Source: an uncultured SAR86 cluster bacterium (GTDB lineage: Bacteria > Pseudomonadota > Gammaproteobacteria > Magnimaribacterales > D2472). Taken from it: 64,000 bases of DNA. Below, piece by piece: positions 9,589 through 19,154 of the stretch (its first letter is position 1; each line of letters begins with the position of its first letter). The notes under the pieces were generated by a model. It was given only the letters and a program-made list of their open reading frames with translations. It ran no database searches and was not told the origin of the DNA. The stretch is taken from assembly GCA_902528215.1 (NCBI GenBank), contig CABZRR010000001.1, positions 128,620 to 192,619 of the forward strand, read 5' to 3'. Made by a program: the position numbers and the translations under genes.

Positions 9589-9732
9589 TCACACCTCCTT
9601 TATTTGCTGAACGCCATATCTTTTTTCCACCTTGCCGGAGTTGGCAGGTTGGAGAGGAAATTAATCCTTCTCATGATATATAACTTTTATTTTATCAAAA
9701 CTTTAAAGAATTTGATCTTAAAAAGATAATTA

Positions 9733-11706
9733 TTAAGATTTTTTTTCGCCATCGTGAAAATGTTTCGTCAAGATCTCTAGATGATCTTCATAATTCCTCC
9801 AATAATCTAAACCGGTCTTGTAAATTGGCTGCCTGACTTGTTCAGAACTTGCAGTTTTTACTGGACGCTTTGATTTATGAAAATTTAAACAATTCTCTTC
9901 GAACTTCACGTTACAAAATTCTAATAGATCTGCAATTCTTTCATTAGGATTTTTGATAACATCCTCATAATTGATCGTAAAAATTTCACCTGGAAAACGC
10001 TTTTTCCAATAATTTATTAGCCTAATATAATCTTTGTAATATCTCGCAATATCATCTAGGTCATAAGTAAAATGTTGGCCTTTAGCAAAATACTGTTTAA
10101 AGCAGCTAAAACAAGCATCCATTGGATTTCTTCTTGCATCTATTATCCTAGCCTTGGGTAAAATTAATTTTATAAGACCTATATGAACAAAATTGTTTGG
10201 CATTTTATCAATAAAAAATGGTTTAGAAGATCTAGCCCATTTTGTTTCATCAATATATTTTTGTCCTAGATCCTCAAATGATGATTGCTCAAGTGTTAAT
10301 AAATTATTTGGATACCCTTTTTCTTGATCAATTAACTTTATATCTCTAGAAATTGCCAAAATATTTGGTAATTCTTGTGTGCCCTCTATTAAAGAATGAG
10401 ATGCTAGAATCTGTTCGATCATTGTTGATCCTGATCTGGGTAAACCCAAAATAAAAATTGGATCTTCAAAACTTGATTTAGCTCTTAATTTGTATAGATC
10501 ATGATTGTTTTCAAAGAAATCTATTAAGTTATCAATGGAAATTTTATAATCTTCGGCGTTATAACTTATCTGCTTTCTTTGTTGCCAATTCCCTAGAGCA
10601 TAATGTTTAAATGATTTATCAAAATGTTTTTTTGACTCATAGGCTTTTCCGAGTGCAAAGTGCATCTGAATAAGCTCTTTTGGATGTATGTTTTCTTTAA
10701 GAGAAGACTCCATATTAAAAATTTCTTTATCTGAGAATTCATAAGTCTTTAGATTTGCTAAGCTCCAATATGCTTCACCAGATAATGGAAAATACTTTAT
10801 TGCATTTTGATATGCATCCTCACATCTTTTTCTTTCTCCAACTGTTTTCAAAGCGTGACCAAGACTGAGAAAGACTCGAGGATTTTCAGGATTAATTTTT
10901 AATGACTTATCATATAATTTAATACCTTCGTGATATTTTGATAACTTGATATAAACAGTTCCTAAGGATACCAATGCTTCGAAATTATTTGGATCCAACT
11001 TAATGAGATTCTTAAACGCTGGGACAGACTTTGAAAGTTTATTTTGAATCCTATAAAGTTTTGCTAGATTATCCCAGGCTAGTGAAAAAGTTGGATCTAA
11101 TTCAAGGACTCTTAAAAAAAGTCTCTCAGATACCTCATAATCTTTTGTTTTAAATGCAAGCAATCCCAATAACCTTAAAGCATCGATATTATTCTTATCT
11201 TTTTTAAGAACTCGTTTATATGAATCTTCAGCAAGCTTTAATCTTCCTGCTTTGACGTGTCTAATTCCCTTATATAAATCACCGTATTTTTTATCTGACT
11301 CAAAGAAGCTCTGAATAACTTGATCAGATTCCTCTTCCCTATCATTTTCAATATGTATGTTTGAAATTAAACGAGCGGTTGTAATGGATGGAAATTTTTT
11401 ATGAAAATCAATTAATGCAGACTCGTATGCTCTATTGTCATTAAGAAATTGATAAACTTTTAATAATTTTTCATGATGCTCCTTACTATCAGGTTCAAGT
11501 TGAATTAGTTTTTTGATAATTTTTAAGGCTTTCTCAGCCTTATTAAATTTTACATTGATATCTAAAAGTAAAGACAAGGCTTTAAGGTTAGTGGGGTAGA
11601 TATTTAAAATTTCTTCAAGTTGTTCTATACATTCATTTAAATTATTATTGTTAAATAAATCACTAGCGTTATCTAATGCAATCTTAAGGTTGGTATTCTC
11701 TGACAT
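9733..11706 (-). CDS. TPR-repeat sulfotransferase family protein
   Basis: The N-terminal half consists of TPR-like repeats. The C-terminal half carries the PAPS-binding 5'-PSB motif LGLPRSGSTMIEQILASH. Confidence 0.8.
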   Translation of the reverse strand: MSENTNLKIALDNASDLFNNNNLNECIEQLEEILNIYPTNLKALSLLLDINVKFNKAEKALKIIKKLIQLEPDSKEHHEKLLKVYQFLNDNRAYESALIDFHKKFPSITTARLISNIHIENDREEESDQVIQSFFESDKKYGDLYKGIRHVKAGRLKLAEDSYKRVLKKDKNNIDALRLLGLLAFKTKDYEVSERLFLRVLELDPTFSLAWDNLAKLYRIQNKLSKSVPAFKNLIKLDPNNFEALVSLGTVYIKLSKYHEGIKLYDKSLKINPENPRVFLSLGHALKTVGERKRCEDAYQNAIKYFPLSGEAYWSLANLKTYEFSDKEIFNMESSLKENIHPKELIQMHFALGKAYESKKHFDKSFKHYALGNWQQRKQISYNAEDYKISIDNLIDFFENNHDLYKLRAKSSFEDPIFILGLPRSGSTMIEQILASHSLIEGTQELPNILAISRDIKLIDQEKGYPNNLLTLEQSSFEDLGQKYIDETKWARSSKPFFIDKMPNNFVHIGLIKLILPKARIIDARRNPMDACFSCFKQYFAKGQHFTYDLDDIARYYKDYIRLINYWKKRFPGEIFTINYEDVIKNPNERIADLLEFCNVKFEENCLNFHKSKRPVKTASSEQVRQPIYKTGLDYWRNYEDHLEILTKHFHDGEKKS

Positions 11707-13188
11707 ATGTTTATAAAAATAAGTGCAGAATGGAATAAAACTATTATCTCACTTGCGATTGTACTATCTTTGCTCTTATCAATATATGTGTTGTCTGATC
11801 CTGTTGGAAGTTCAAAGCTACTTTTCAAATTATATGACTCTCTGACAATCTTTTTTGAACCGACCTATATGTATGGAAGTTTTTTGGTATTAATTTTCCT
11901 AATCTTTATTGCGCTATCAAAATATGGTGATGTAAAAATTTCTTTACAGAATAAAGAAATATATTCATTTTTTTCATGGGGATCAATGCTCTTTGCTGCA
12001 GGTATTGGCGCAGCTCTTTTGTATTGGGCAACAATTGAATGGATAGATTACTTTAATATATTAAGATCCCAAAGATTAGATATTGATACTGCATTGTTGT
12101 ATTCAAGAACGTATCCTATTTTTCATTGGTCATTTACTGCTTGGGCTATATATTGCTTGCCTGCAATTGCGTTTGGGTTGGCGATCACAATAAATCAAAA
12201 ATCTAAATTAACATTTTCAGGAATATTTAATATCAAAAATAAATTCTTGGAAGTTTTATTTGATTCTTTATTCATTGGAGCAATACTTTGTGGAGCTGGA
12301 GTTGGACTCGGCTTGTCCTTCCCGTTAATTTCTTCGATCTTATCAAATGTCTTCAATATTGAAAAAACTTTTAATCTAGACATTTTTACGATAGCTGTTT
12401 GTCTGTCAATATTTGCAACCAGTGCATATCTTGGAATTCAAAAAGGAATAAAAAGGCTCAGCAATTTTAATATAATGTTAGTTTTATTATTTTTACTCTT
12501 CGTTTTTATTCTAGGGCCTACGCAATATATTTTTTCTAAATCAATCGAAAGTTACTTGTTCTTATTTAAACATTATCCTGAATTAAGTTTCACAACTGGT
12601 ACAGCAATAAGTAAGGATTGGTCGGTTTTTTATTGGGCTTGGTGGATGGCATTAGCCCCAATGGTCGGCGCCTTCATCGTTAACATATCTAATGGCAAAT
12701 CATTAAGATCTATTATTCTAGGAGTAATATTTATTGGCAGCGTTGGTTGCATCATTAGCATGTCTGTATTATCAAATTTATCAATCTATCTATTTGAATC
12801 AGGACTTTTGAATTCGCCCATGCTTTTAGAAGGCGGGATGCTAAATAGAGAGCAAATAATAATTAAAACTTTATCGACTTTGAATTACAGCCATTATCTT
12901 TTAATTGGCTTTGGAATAATTTGTATTATCTTTTTATGCACAACCTATGACTCTACCTCATACATTCTAGCTTCAGCATCTATGAAAAGTTCAAATATTG
13001 AGAGCTCAGGCAATTTAAGGTTGATATTTGCAATTTTACTAGTTATTCAACCTACCCTCTTAATGTTTCTTGGGGGGGTTGATTCGTTTAAGTGGATAAT
13101 GGTTATATTCTCAGTTCCGTTATTATTTGTATATCTATTACTGATGATTTCTATAGTTAAAAATATTATTGCGATTAAAAAAGTATAG
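11707..13188 (+). CDS. BCCT family (betaine/carnitine/choline-type) transporter
   Basis: Polytopic membrane protein with the BCCT signature WSVFYWAWWMALAPMVGAFI. Confidence 0.75.
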   Translation: MFIKISAEWNKTIISLAIVLSLLLSIYVLSDPVGSSKLLFKLYDSLTIFFEPTYMYGSFLVLIFLIFIALSKYGDVKISLQNKEIYSFFSWGSMLFAAGIGAALLYWATIEWIDYFNILRSQRLDIDTALLYSRTYPIFHWSFTAWAIYCLPAIAFGLAITINQKSKLTFSGIFNIKNKFLEVLFDSLFIGAILCGAGVGLGLSFPLISSILSNVFNIEKTFNLDIFTIAVCLSIFATSAYLGIQKGIKRLSNFNIMLVLLFLLFVFILGPTQYIFSKSIESYLFLFKHYPELSFTTGTAISKDWSVFYWAWWMALAPMVGAFIVNISNGKSLRSIILGVIFIGSVGCIISMSVLSNLSIYLFESGLLNSPMLLEGGMLNREQIIIKTLSTLNYSHYLLIGFGIICIIFLCTTYDSTSYILASASMKSSNIESSGNLRLIFAILLVIQPTLLMFLGGVDSFKWIMVIFSVPLLFVYLLLMISIVKNIIAIKKV

Positions 13189-13232
13189 AGCCTTCATTTT
13201 TTGATAAAGGCTTATGATTTATAGAATTATTT

Positions 13233-15563
13233 CTAGTATCTGTACTTGAATCTTAAACCAATAACTCTTGGCCTATTTTGAGTCCTTCTAATATCTCCAA
13301 AATCGTCATACCTAGATAAATATCCATTTTCATCAGTAAGATTGCTAATAAATACTTCCATAGACCTATTATTTGATTCAACGCCAACTCTTATGTTAGC
13401 TATAGCATATGAAGGCAACTTTAGTTCATTGGCCTGACTGGTGTACCTATCACCTGTATATGAGTAATCAACGGACACATATCCGGGCATACCAAAAATA
13501 CTTAACACCTTATCTAATCCTAAAACATAAGAGAGCTCGGGAACGTATGCAAGTCTATTTCCTGAATTAGCCTGAAGAACTCCAGACACATCATAGTAAT
13601 CCTCTGACAAAGAAGGATCGTTAGAAACAACATAGCCTGACAAAGTTAATGAGTCATTAGGTTTGTAGGTCGCATCAAGTTCAAGACCATTAATTTCTGC
13701 ATTACCCACATTATCAACAAAGGCTACCGTGGAATATGCCAAATTGTATGTGGTAGATTGAAAATCACTCCAATCCATCATGAAGTATGCCCCATTGAGA
13801 ATAAGTTTTCCGTCTGCAAGGGTTGACTTGAATCCAAGCTCAAGACTTTCTAAATAGTCAGAGTCATATGTTTCAGGAATAAAAGCAGTTTGAGCGGGCC
13901 TAACTCTGTTAATACCACTGGCTCTGAAGCCTTCCGAATAAGTACCATACAACATCACGTCTTCATTTAAGTTATGGGCTATATTAACTTTTGGTACAAC
14001 TCCTGAATCACTAGAATTAAATACTTTGTCTACTCCATCAAATACACCAAAGTAGCCATCTTTTGCATTTACCATGGTATCTTGATCGTATGATCTAAAA
14101 CCTAAGGTTAACTTGGTTTTATCATTAAGGTTGAAGCGACCTTCTCCAAAAAAGGCCTCTGTATCCTCCTCTCTTGTGTTATCAAGATTCCACCACTGAC
14201 CATTGGGTACATTCCATGACAAATTACCTGGATTTGATCCAGGCCATAGGTAAGCAATTTCATAGTCTCTGTTAGAAGATTCGCTGAATGCTCCAAGGAT
14301 CCACTGAAAGCCTGAGTCTCCTTTTGATTGAATTCTTACTTCGTAAGAATCTCTTTCATGATTATCGATTTGCGTGTATGACATTCTTGGATCCTGACAA
14401 CCTGAGATATTGTAATAATAATAGTAGTCATAATAGTCACAGGTATAGGTGGGACCATCGTAGTTATAATATTCTACATATTCTGAATAGTCATATGTGT
14501 ATTCAACATCCCTTTCAAAAGAAGAAGCAGTAAATATATATTCAACGTTATCGTTTAAATCACCGCTCAATGATAATGAAATTTGACTAAAATCATCATC
14601 AAAATACTCTTCATTAAATCGAGAATTTGATCTCGGACCGACAGCTTCATCAGTCTCCCAAGATCCACCAAATTCAGAAGCTTGATCAAGCATAGAAAGA
14701 TCAAGGTTTTGCCCCATGATTTCTGAGGCTAATCTAATTCTATATCCACTTTTATTAAGTTCATTGTAATCATCTTCTGCAAATGCGCTGTTATCAATTG
14801 TATAGCCGCTATTTGTGAAAGTTTTGGTTGAAAGTTCGTTATCAATCCAACCTCCATCTTGAAGATCATATGCGCTGACTCTTACAGCGGTATTAGCACC
14901 AAGAGGCATATTTACGTATGCTTCTAACGATTGATCATTTGATCCATCTTCAATAGATCCATACTCAATGTCAAAACCATAATCTACAGAAGTAACATCG
15001 GGTTTTTTTGTAATTATTTTTATGTTTCCAGAAGTTGAGCTTGAACCATATAAAGTTCCTTGTGGCCCACTTAGAATTTCCACTCGCTCAACATCAAAAA
15101 CATGTAAATCAGGCGTTTGACCAATTGTTGTTAAAGGCTGCTCATCTAAATATAAGGCTGTTGTTGAGGCGGCTCCTGAAGGATTTCCAAATCCACCATC
15201 TGAGACACCTCTGATATAAAAAGTAGAATTACCTGGCCCGCCGGCATCCAATGTAACTGCTGGAGATAGACTTGCAATATCATCAAGACCTTTAACATTT
15301 TTGAGGTCCAATTCAGCTGCACCTATTGCTTGAACGCTCATCGGAACGTCTTGCAGATTTTCTGACCTTTTACTCGCTGTTACAACAACTTCCTCTAAAT
15401 TCTCCTGAGCAGAAACATTTGATGATTGAGCTACGCCAAGTCCAAGTGTTAAGGCACCAAGATATGGCAAAGCAAAATTATTGTCTTTAAATATGTCCCT
15501 TAATATATGAGTTACTGGATCTGCTTTTTTTTCAAAAAGCGGTTTTAAATAAATAGATGACAT
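13233..15563 (-). CDS. TonB-dependent receptor
   Basis: Signal region, plug-domain motifs (EEVVVTASKRSENLQDVPMSVQAI, VERVEILSGPQGTLYGSSSTSG) and a C-terminal beta-barrel ending RFKYRY. Confidence 0.85.
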   Translation of the reverse strand: MSSIYLKPLFEKKADPVTHILRDIFKDNNFALPYLGALTLGLGVAQSSNVSAQENLEEVVVTASKRSENLQDVPMSVQAIGAAELDLKNVKGLDDIASLSPAVTLDAGGPGNSTFYIRGVSDGGFGNPSGAASTTALYLDEQPLTTIGQTPDLHVFDVERVEILSGPQGTLYGSSSTSGNIKIITKKPDVTSVDYGFDIEYGSIEDGSNDQSLEAYVNMPLGANTAVRVSAYDLQDGGWIDNELSTKTFTNSGYTIDNSAFAEDDYNELNKSGYRIRLASEIMGQNLDLSMLDQASEFGGSWETDEAVGPRSNSRFNEEYFDDDFSQISLSLSGDLNDNVEYIFTASSFERDVEYTYDYSEYVEYYNYDGPTYTCDYYDYYYYYNISGCQDPRMSYTQIDNHERDSYEVRIQSKGDSGFQWILGAFSESSNRDYEIAYLWPGSNPGNLSWNVPNGQWWNLDNTREEDTEAFFGEGRFNLNDKTKLTLGFRSYDQDTMVNAKDGYFGVFDGVDKVFNSSDSGVVPKVNIAHNLNEDVMLYGTYSEGFRASGINRVRPAQTAFIPETYDSDYLESLELGFKSTLADGKLILNGAYFMMDWSDFQSTTYNLAYSTVAFVDNVGNAEINGLELDATYKPNDSLTLSGYVVSNDPSLSEDYYDVSGVLQANSGNRLAYVPELSYVLGLDKVLSIFGMPGYVSVDYSYTGDRYTSQANELKLPSYAIANIRVGVESNNRSMEVFISNLTDENGYLSRYDDFGDIRRTQNRPRVIGLRFKYRY

Positions 15564-15651
15564 GTCTTCCCCCCGAAATACATTTAACTTATTATTTTAT
15601 AATGTAATTAGGTCTTAAACACAAGTTTGTTGGCACATTAAAACTGCCAGC

Positions 15652-16689
15652 TTAATTTTTAAAGTCAAATAACAGATTTATTAAAAAATCGTTGCCCCAT
15701 TCATTAGCGATTGAAAAATTGCACTCTGAATAATTGAGGTTTGATTGAGGTGGAGAGTAACAAAACCCTACATTTCTATCAATGCCAGGCCAAAAATGTC
15801 CTGCATCTTTATTTAAAAGGCTAATAACCTGAACATCATTCTTGCATCCTGAAGCTATATTTTTTTCAAAATCATCATATAAATTAAAATCTGATTGTTT
15901 GAAGGTCTTGCATTCAAATTGTTTTGACCAGGCATTAAATGTATCCTCCATTGGCTCATAAAAATAGCCGTCTGATGCTCTGATATTAATTGGAGGAACG
16001 ACCGTGTCTTTAACGCTTCCATAGATAATAAAATTCACTGGCTCTTTAGGAATGCAACTAAGGTCTTTTTGTTGCATGCCTACAACATTTACAACACCTT
16101 TAAAAACAGTTGGATATTTACAGGCCAGTGCTTGGGCCATCATGCCACCATTGCTCATGCCTAATAAATATATATCTCTAATCTTATGATCTTCCCTTGC
16201 GCGATCAATTATTTTTTTTATGAAGCCAAGGTCATCGCTGCAGCTTGCCCAAGCACAGCGGCCTCCTCCACTACAATTAGGATACTGGGGATAAATATCT
16301 GCATCTATAGCACATATTTCACCATTTGGTGTTTGGGTCCTTGAGCCTGCCAGATCATTCCAAGAGGAAACAAATGAGCTAGGATCATCCTCAATGCTAT
16401 TAAAGTAAAGCCCTTGTGGGTAAATTGCTAAAAATTTATATTTGTCTGCTGCATCATTAAATCCGCCAGTGGTTTGCTTTTCAAATCCGGTAGCTGTTCC
16501 TGTATAACCATGGATGCCAATAAATAAATCAACTTCATTTTTTAGATCTAGGTCAACTGGAATATATTTTAGGTAAGTTCTATTGATTGATTCATGATCT
16601 ATCGCATGCTCTGTCATTGACTCTGATAGCACCGATAAAGACAAGCAAAGCAAAGCTAAGGTGTTAATTTTTTTGCTAATTAAATTCAC
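15652..16689 (-). CDS. Secreted alpha/beta-hydrolase esterase (PHB-depolymerase/LpqC-like family)
   Basis: Signal peptide and a nucleophile elbow GMSNGGMM in the context YLLGMSNGGMMAQALACKYP. It lies adjacent to the TonB-dependent receptor. Confidence 0.6.
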   Translation of the reverse strand: MNLISKKINTLALLCLSLSVLSESMTEHAIDHESINRTYLKYIPVDLDLKNEVDLFIGIHGYTGTATGFEKQTTGGFNDAADKYKFLAIYPQGLYFNSIEDDPSSFVSSWNDLAGSRTQTPNGEICAIDADIYPQYPNCSGGGRCAWASCSDDLGFIKKIIDRAREDHKIRDIYLLGMSNGGMMAQALACKYPTVFKGVVNVVGMQQKDLSCIPKEPVNFIIYGSVKDTVVPPINIRASDGYFYEPMEDTFNAWSKQFECKTFKQSDFNLYDDFEKNIASGCKNDVQVISLLNKDAGHFWPGIDRNVGFCYSPPQSNLNYSECNFSIANEWGNDFLINLLFDFKN

Positions 16690-16754
16690 TTTTTTAAATC
16701 TACTCTACGGCAGAGCACTCTTCTCAAGAAAACTTCTCATTTTTGTACTTTCCA

Positions 16755-17015
16755 TTAAAAGTTATTTGCTTTAAACAATATATATCCTGAAATGAACTCG
16801 CCTAAGAAAGTAATTACTGTTATTAGAAGCCCAACAATTAAATAGAATTTATATGATTTGGATTTTGCTTTATGCTCATTCCATCCAATTAACAAATACA
16901 CAAGGCCCAAAATATATAAAGATAATGGAGAGAAATAATTATCTAAGTATATTAATAGAATGGACAATGCGAGCCCAACAACAGCGGTAATATGAAGAAA
17001 CTTGAGCATAAACAA
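16755..17015 (-). CDS. Small membrane protein, hypothetical
   Basis: 86 aa with three hydrophobic helices. No motif. Confidence 0.35.
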   Translation of the reverse strand: MFMLKFLHITAVVGLALSILLIYLDNYFSPLSLYILGLVYLLIGWNEHKAKSKSYKFYLIVGLLITVITFLGEFISGYILFKANNF

Positions 17016-17041
17016 TACTATACTTTAGTATCTAACTCGTT

Positions 17042-17728
17042 TCATCGTCTTGATAGAATAACTATCCAACGACCAAGGTTTAAAATGTCGGCTAGCGCAG
17101 CCGAAACATACGTAAGGGCTGCTGCCCTCAGAATGTTGTTAACGGCTCTTTCATTTGACTGTGATACGTAATTCCCTTCCCTCAATATAGGAAGTGCTTT
17201 GGAAAAACTTGCATCAAATTCAATCGGCAGAGTCACTGCATGAACCATCATGCGGGCGATAAATCCGGATAGCCCAACGACAAGCAACAAAGAAAATGGC
17301 ATTGGATGCCGAGTAATAATACCGATCACTGGTGATAAAGAAATAATTAAAGCACTCCAACGGGCAACCTTGTCAATAACGGGAACCATCTTTGTTCTAG
17401 TGGCCAGACGTTTATCACCTTGCTGATCCTGAATGGCATGTCCAACCTCGTGTGCGGCAATTGCGATTGCTGTTAACGATTTGGATTCATAGTGCTCTCG
17501 CAAAAGCCTAACTTTTTTTTCAATTGGATCATAATGATCTCCCAACTCAGTTACTTCGACGGTCACATCTTTTAAAGAAAATCGCTCAATCAAATGCTTA
17601 GCAAGTTCTCCTCCCGTGCCAGGCATTTCAGGCTTTGCAGTTGAATACCTCCTCATAACCAGCTTCACCCATAAAGATGGCCCAAATATTAGTGCTAGAA
17701 CTATGAGCGCGCCGGCTGCTAAAACCAT
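17042..17728 (-). CDS. Zinc metallopeptidase (YpfJ/YugP-like, Zn_peptidase_2 family)
   Basis: HEVGHAIQ zinc-binding motif, N-terminal TM helix and C-terminal TM helices. G+C is markedly higher than in the flanking genes. Confidence 0.75.
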   Translation of the reverse strand: MVLAAGALIVLALIFGPSLWVKLVMRRYSTAKPEMPGTGGELAKHLIERFSLKDVTVEVTELGDHYDPIEKKVRLLREHYESKSLTAIAIAAHEVGHAIQDQQGDKRLATRTKMVPVIDKVARWSALIISLSPVIGIITRHPMPFSLLLVVGLSGFIARMMVHAVTLPIEFDASFSKALPILREGNYVSQSNERAVNNILRAAALTYVSAALADILNLGRWIVILSRR

Positions 17729-17813
17729 GTTTGATACTCCTAAAATTTATTCTGCAAACGAAACAAATTTGCGACTATAAAGTTTATATGGTGATTTAAT
17801 TTTATTTTAAAAG

Positions 17814-18611
17814 TTATCCATGTTTTTTTACTAAATTTATCGCCCAGTTTATTACATTTGGATTTTTCTCAGTATCAAAAATGAATTCTTGCCCAAACCC
17901 TTTATAGAAGATTTTAGATTCCTTCTCATTTTCCCACTGCATTCTATTTAAAAATAATCCTTCTGTATTTGAGAAATATTCTGAGGGCATTTTCCATCTA
18001 GATCGTGTTTTGTTTGCTTCGGTCAGAATTAAATCATCATGTGTTTTTTTAAATAAACCATGGCCCCTGTCAAAAACCTTTTTTTCATTTATCTCTAAAG
18101 TTTTTTTTCCTACATAGATAGTATTATTTGAAAATTTAGAGGTGTCTCCAAATCCATGAGGATGAGCAATGTTCTTTTCTTTGAGATATGTGATAATTGC
18201 CTCTGATCCTTCTATGATTTCTTTTATTTGTAACCATCCAAACAGATGATGTAAATCTCTTCCTTTAATTGAAAAGTTCTTAAACCATCCAAAGAATAGA
18301 AATAAGTCTCCTGGACCAACACTATTATTTTTTAATTCAGTTTGAGAGGAATTTGCTTGACCGAAAATACCGATATCTTCATTTAGAAGTGGGTCATTGT
18401 GACAATAATCTGAGGGTTTGATCTTAGATGACACCTCTTTTAATAATTCTGTGCCTGATGTTCCACAAAAGTTTAAATCTTCATACTTTTTTGGAGAGGG
18501 ATGATCTTGAGGAATCGGTATAGAAAAAATTCTTCCATCACTGAATATAGGTGAGGCGCTACCCCCTGCTTTAGCATCAAATCCTTTTCTGCTTAGAATT
18601 ATTCTTTTCAA
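17814..18611 (-). CDS. Hypothetical protein, possibly Nmad3-family nucleotide-modification-associated protein
   Basis: The N-terminus MKRIILSRKGFDAKAGGSASPIFSDGRIFSIPIP matches my recollection of the Nmad3 family start (LSRKGFDS..GG.PSPI.PDG...S.PIP). This was not verified by any search. Confidence 0.4.
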   Translation of the reverse strand: MKRIILSRKGFDAKAGGSASPIFSDGRIFSIPIPQDHPSPKKYEDLNFCGTSGTELLKEVSSKIKPSDYCHNDPLLNEDIGIFGQANSSQTELKNNSVGPGDLFLFFGWFKNFSIKGRDLHHLFGWLQIKEIIEGSEAIITYLKEKNIAHPHGFGDTSKFSNNTIYVGKKTLEINEKKVFDRGHGLFKKTHDDLILTEANKTRSRWKMPSEYFSNTEGLFLNRMQWENEKESKIFYKGFGQEFIFDTEKNPNVINWAINLVKKHG

Positions 18612-18694
18612 CTTATGAAATTAAAAAAACATGCCTATAAATCTTTTCCACTGTAATGGATTAAATTTGAAATCACTTTCATTGTCTTAATATA

Positions 18695-18985
18695 TTAAGT
18701 TATAAGCTTTGGTATTATTCCTAGTTGAGCCAGAATACCAAAGATAATTAATAATATAATGCTAGTAAGCGTTTTAAGGTTCTTCTGTTGAATAAATTCA
18801 AATAAGTCGTCTTCTATAAATTTTCTTATCCAATCATCAGCTTTACCCATCAACTTAACAGCTTTTCTTGTCCATTTGTCAGTCACATCAATTATCAACA
18901 ATGAAAATGCTGCAATGATAAGCCACACAAAACCATTAAGAGTCATGTCGATTAGCCAACCTATAATCACCCAATTTATTTCCAT
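18695..18985 (-). CDS. Small membrane protein, hypothetical
   Basis: 96 aa with two hydrophobic segments. Confidence 0.35.
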   Translation of the reverse strand: MEINWVIIGWLIDMTLNGFVWLIIAAFSLLIIDVTDKWTRKAVKLMGKADDWIRKFIEDDLFEFIQQKNLKTLTSIILLIIFGILAQLGIIPKLIT

Positions 18986-19020
18986 TATTAAACCCTAAAA
19001 AATCTAATTTTATTTTTGTA

Positions 19021-19036
19021 GTCCACCGTCACTGAG
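19021..19036 (-). repeat. glmS-terminus repeat copy G5 (gtccaccgtcactgag), most distal and degenerate
   Basis: In glmS orientation it reads TCA GTG ACG GTG GAC TAC = SVTVD-Y, so the stop is lost. It shares an exact 15-mer tccaccgtcactgag with copy G2. Confidence 0.8.
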
Positions 19037-19154
19037 AATATTAAACTATCTACTTTTATTAATCCTCATGCTCATTATACTTACAGTACTTTTTTTTAAA
19101 CTTTTTCCTATCCATTTTTTTAAAAGAAAAGTGTTTATCTAGTATCATATCGCC

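Noticed and set aside
9618-9652. Hairpin ccaccttgccggagttggcaggttgg as an intrinsic terminator
   Set aside because: On the plus strand the T-run precedes rather than follows the stem. On the minus strand the stem is followed by an A-run. It therefore fits neither orientation of a rho-independent terminator and is kept only as a leader-structure candidate.
13189-13232. Possible bidirectional terminator between the BCCT transporter and the TonB receptor (agccttcattttttgataaaggct)
   Set aside because: It has only a 6-bp stem with a 12-nt loop, which is too weak to call.
14397-14450. Tyr-rich segment TYTCDYYDYYYYYNISGC in the TonB-dependent receptor as a possible repeat or recoding element
   Set aside because: It is in frame, flanked by Cys residues consistent with a disulfide-bounded extracellular loop, and the DNA is not a clean tandem repeat. 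It is most simply a low-complexity surface loop.
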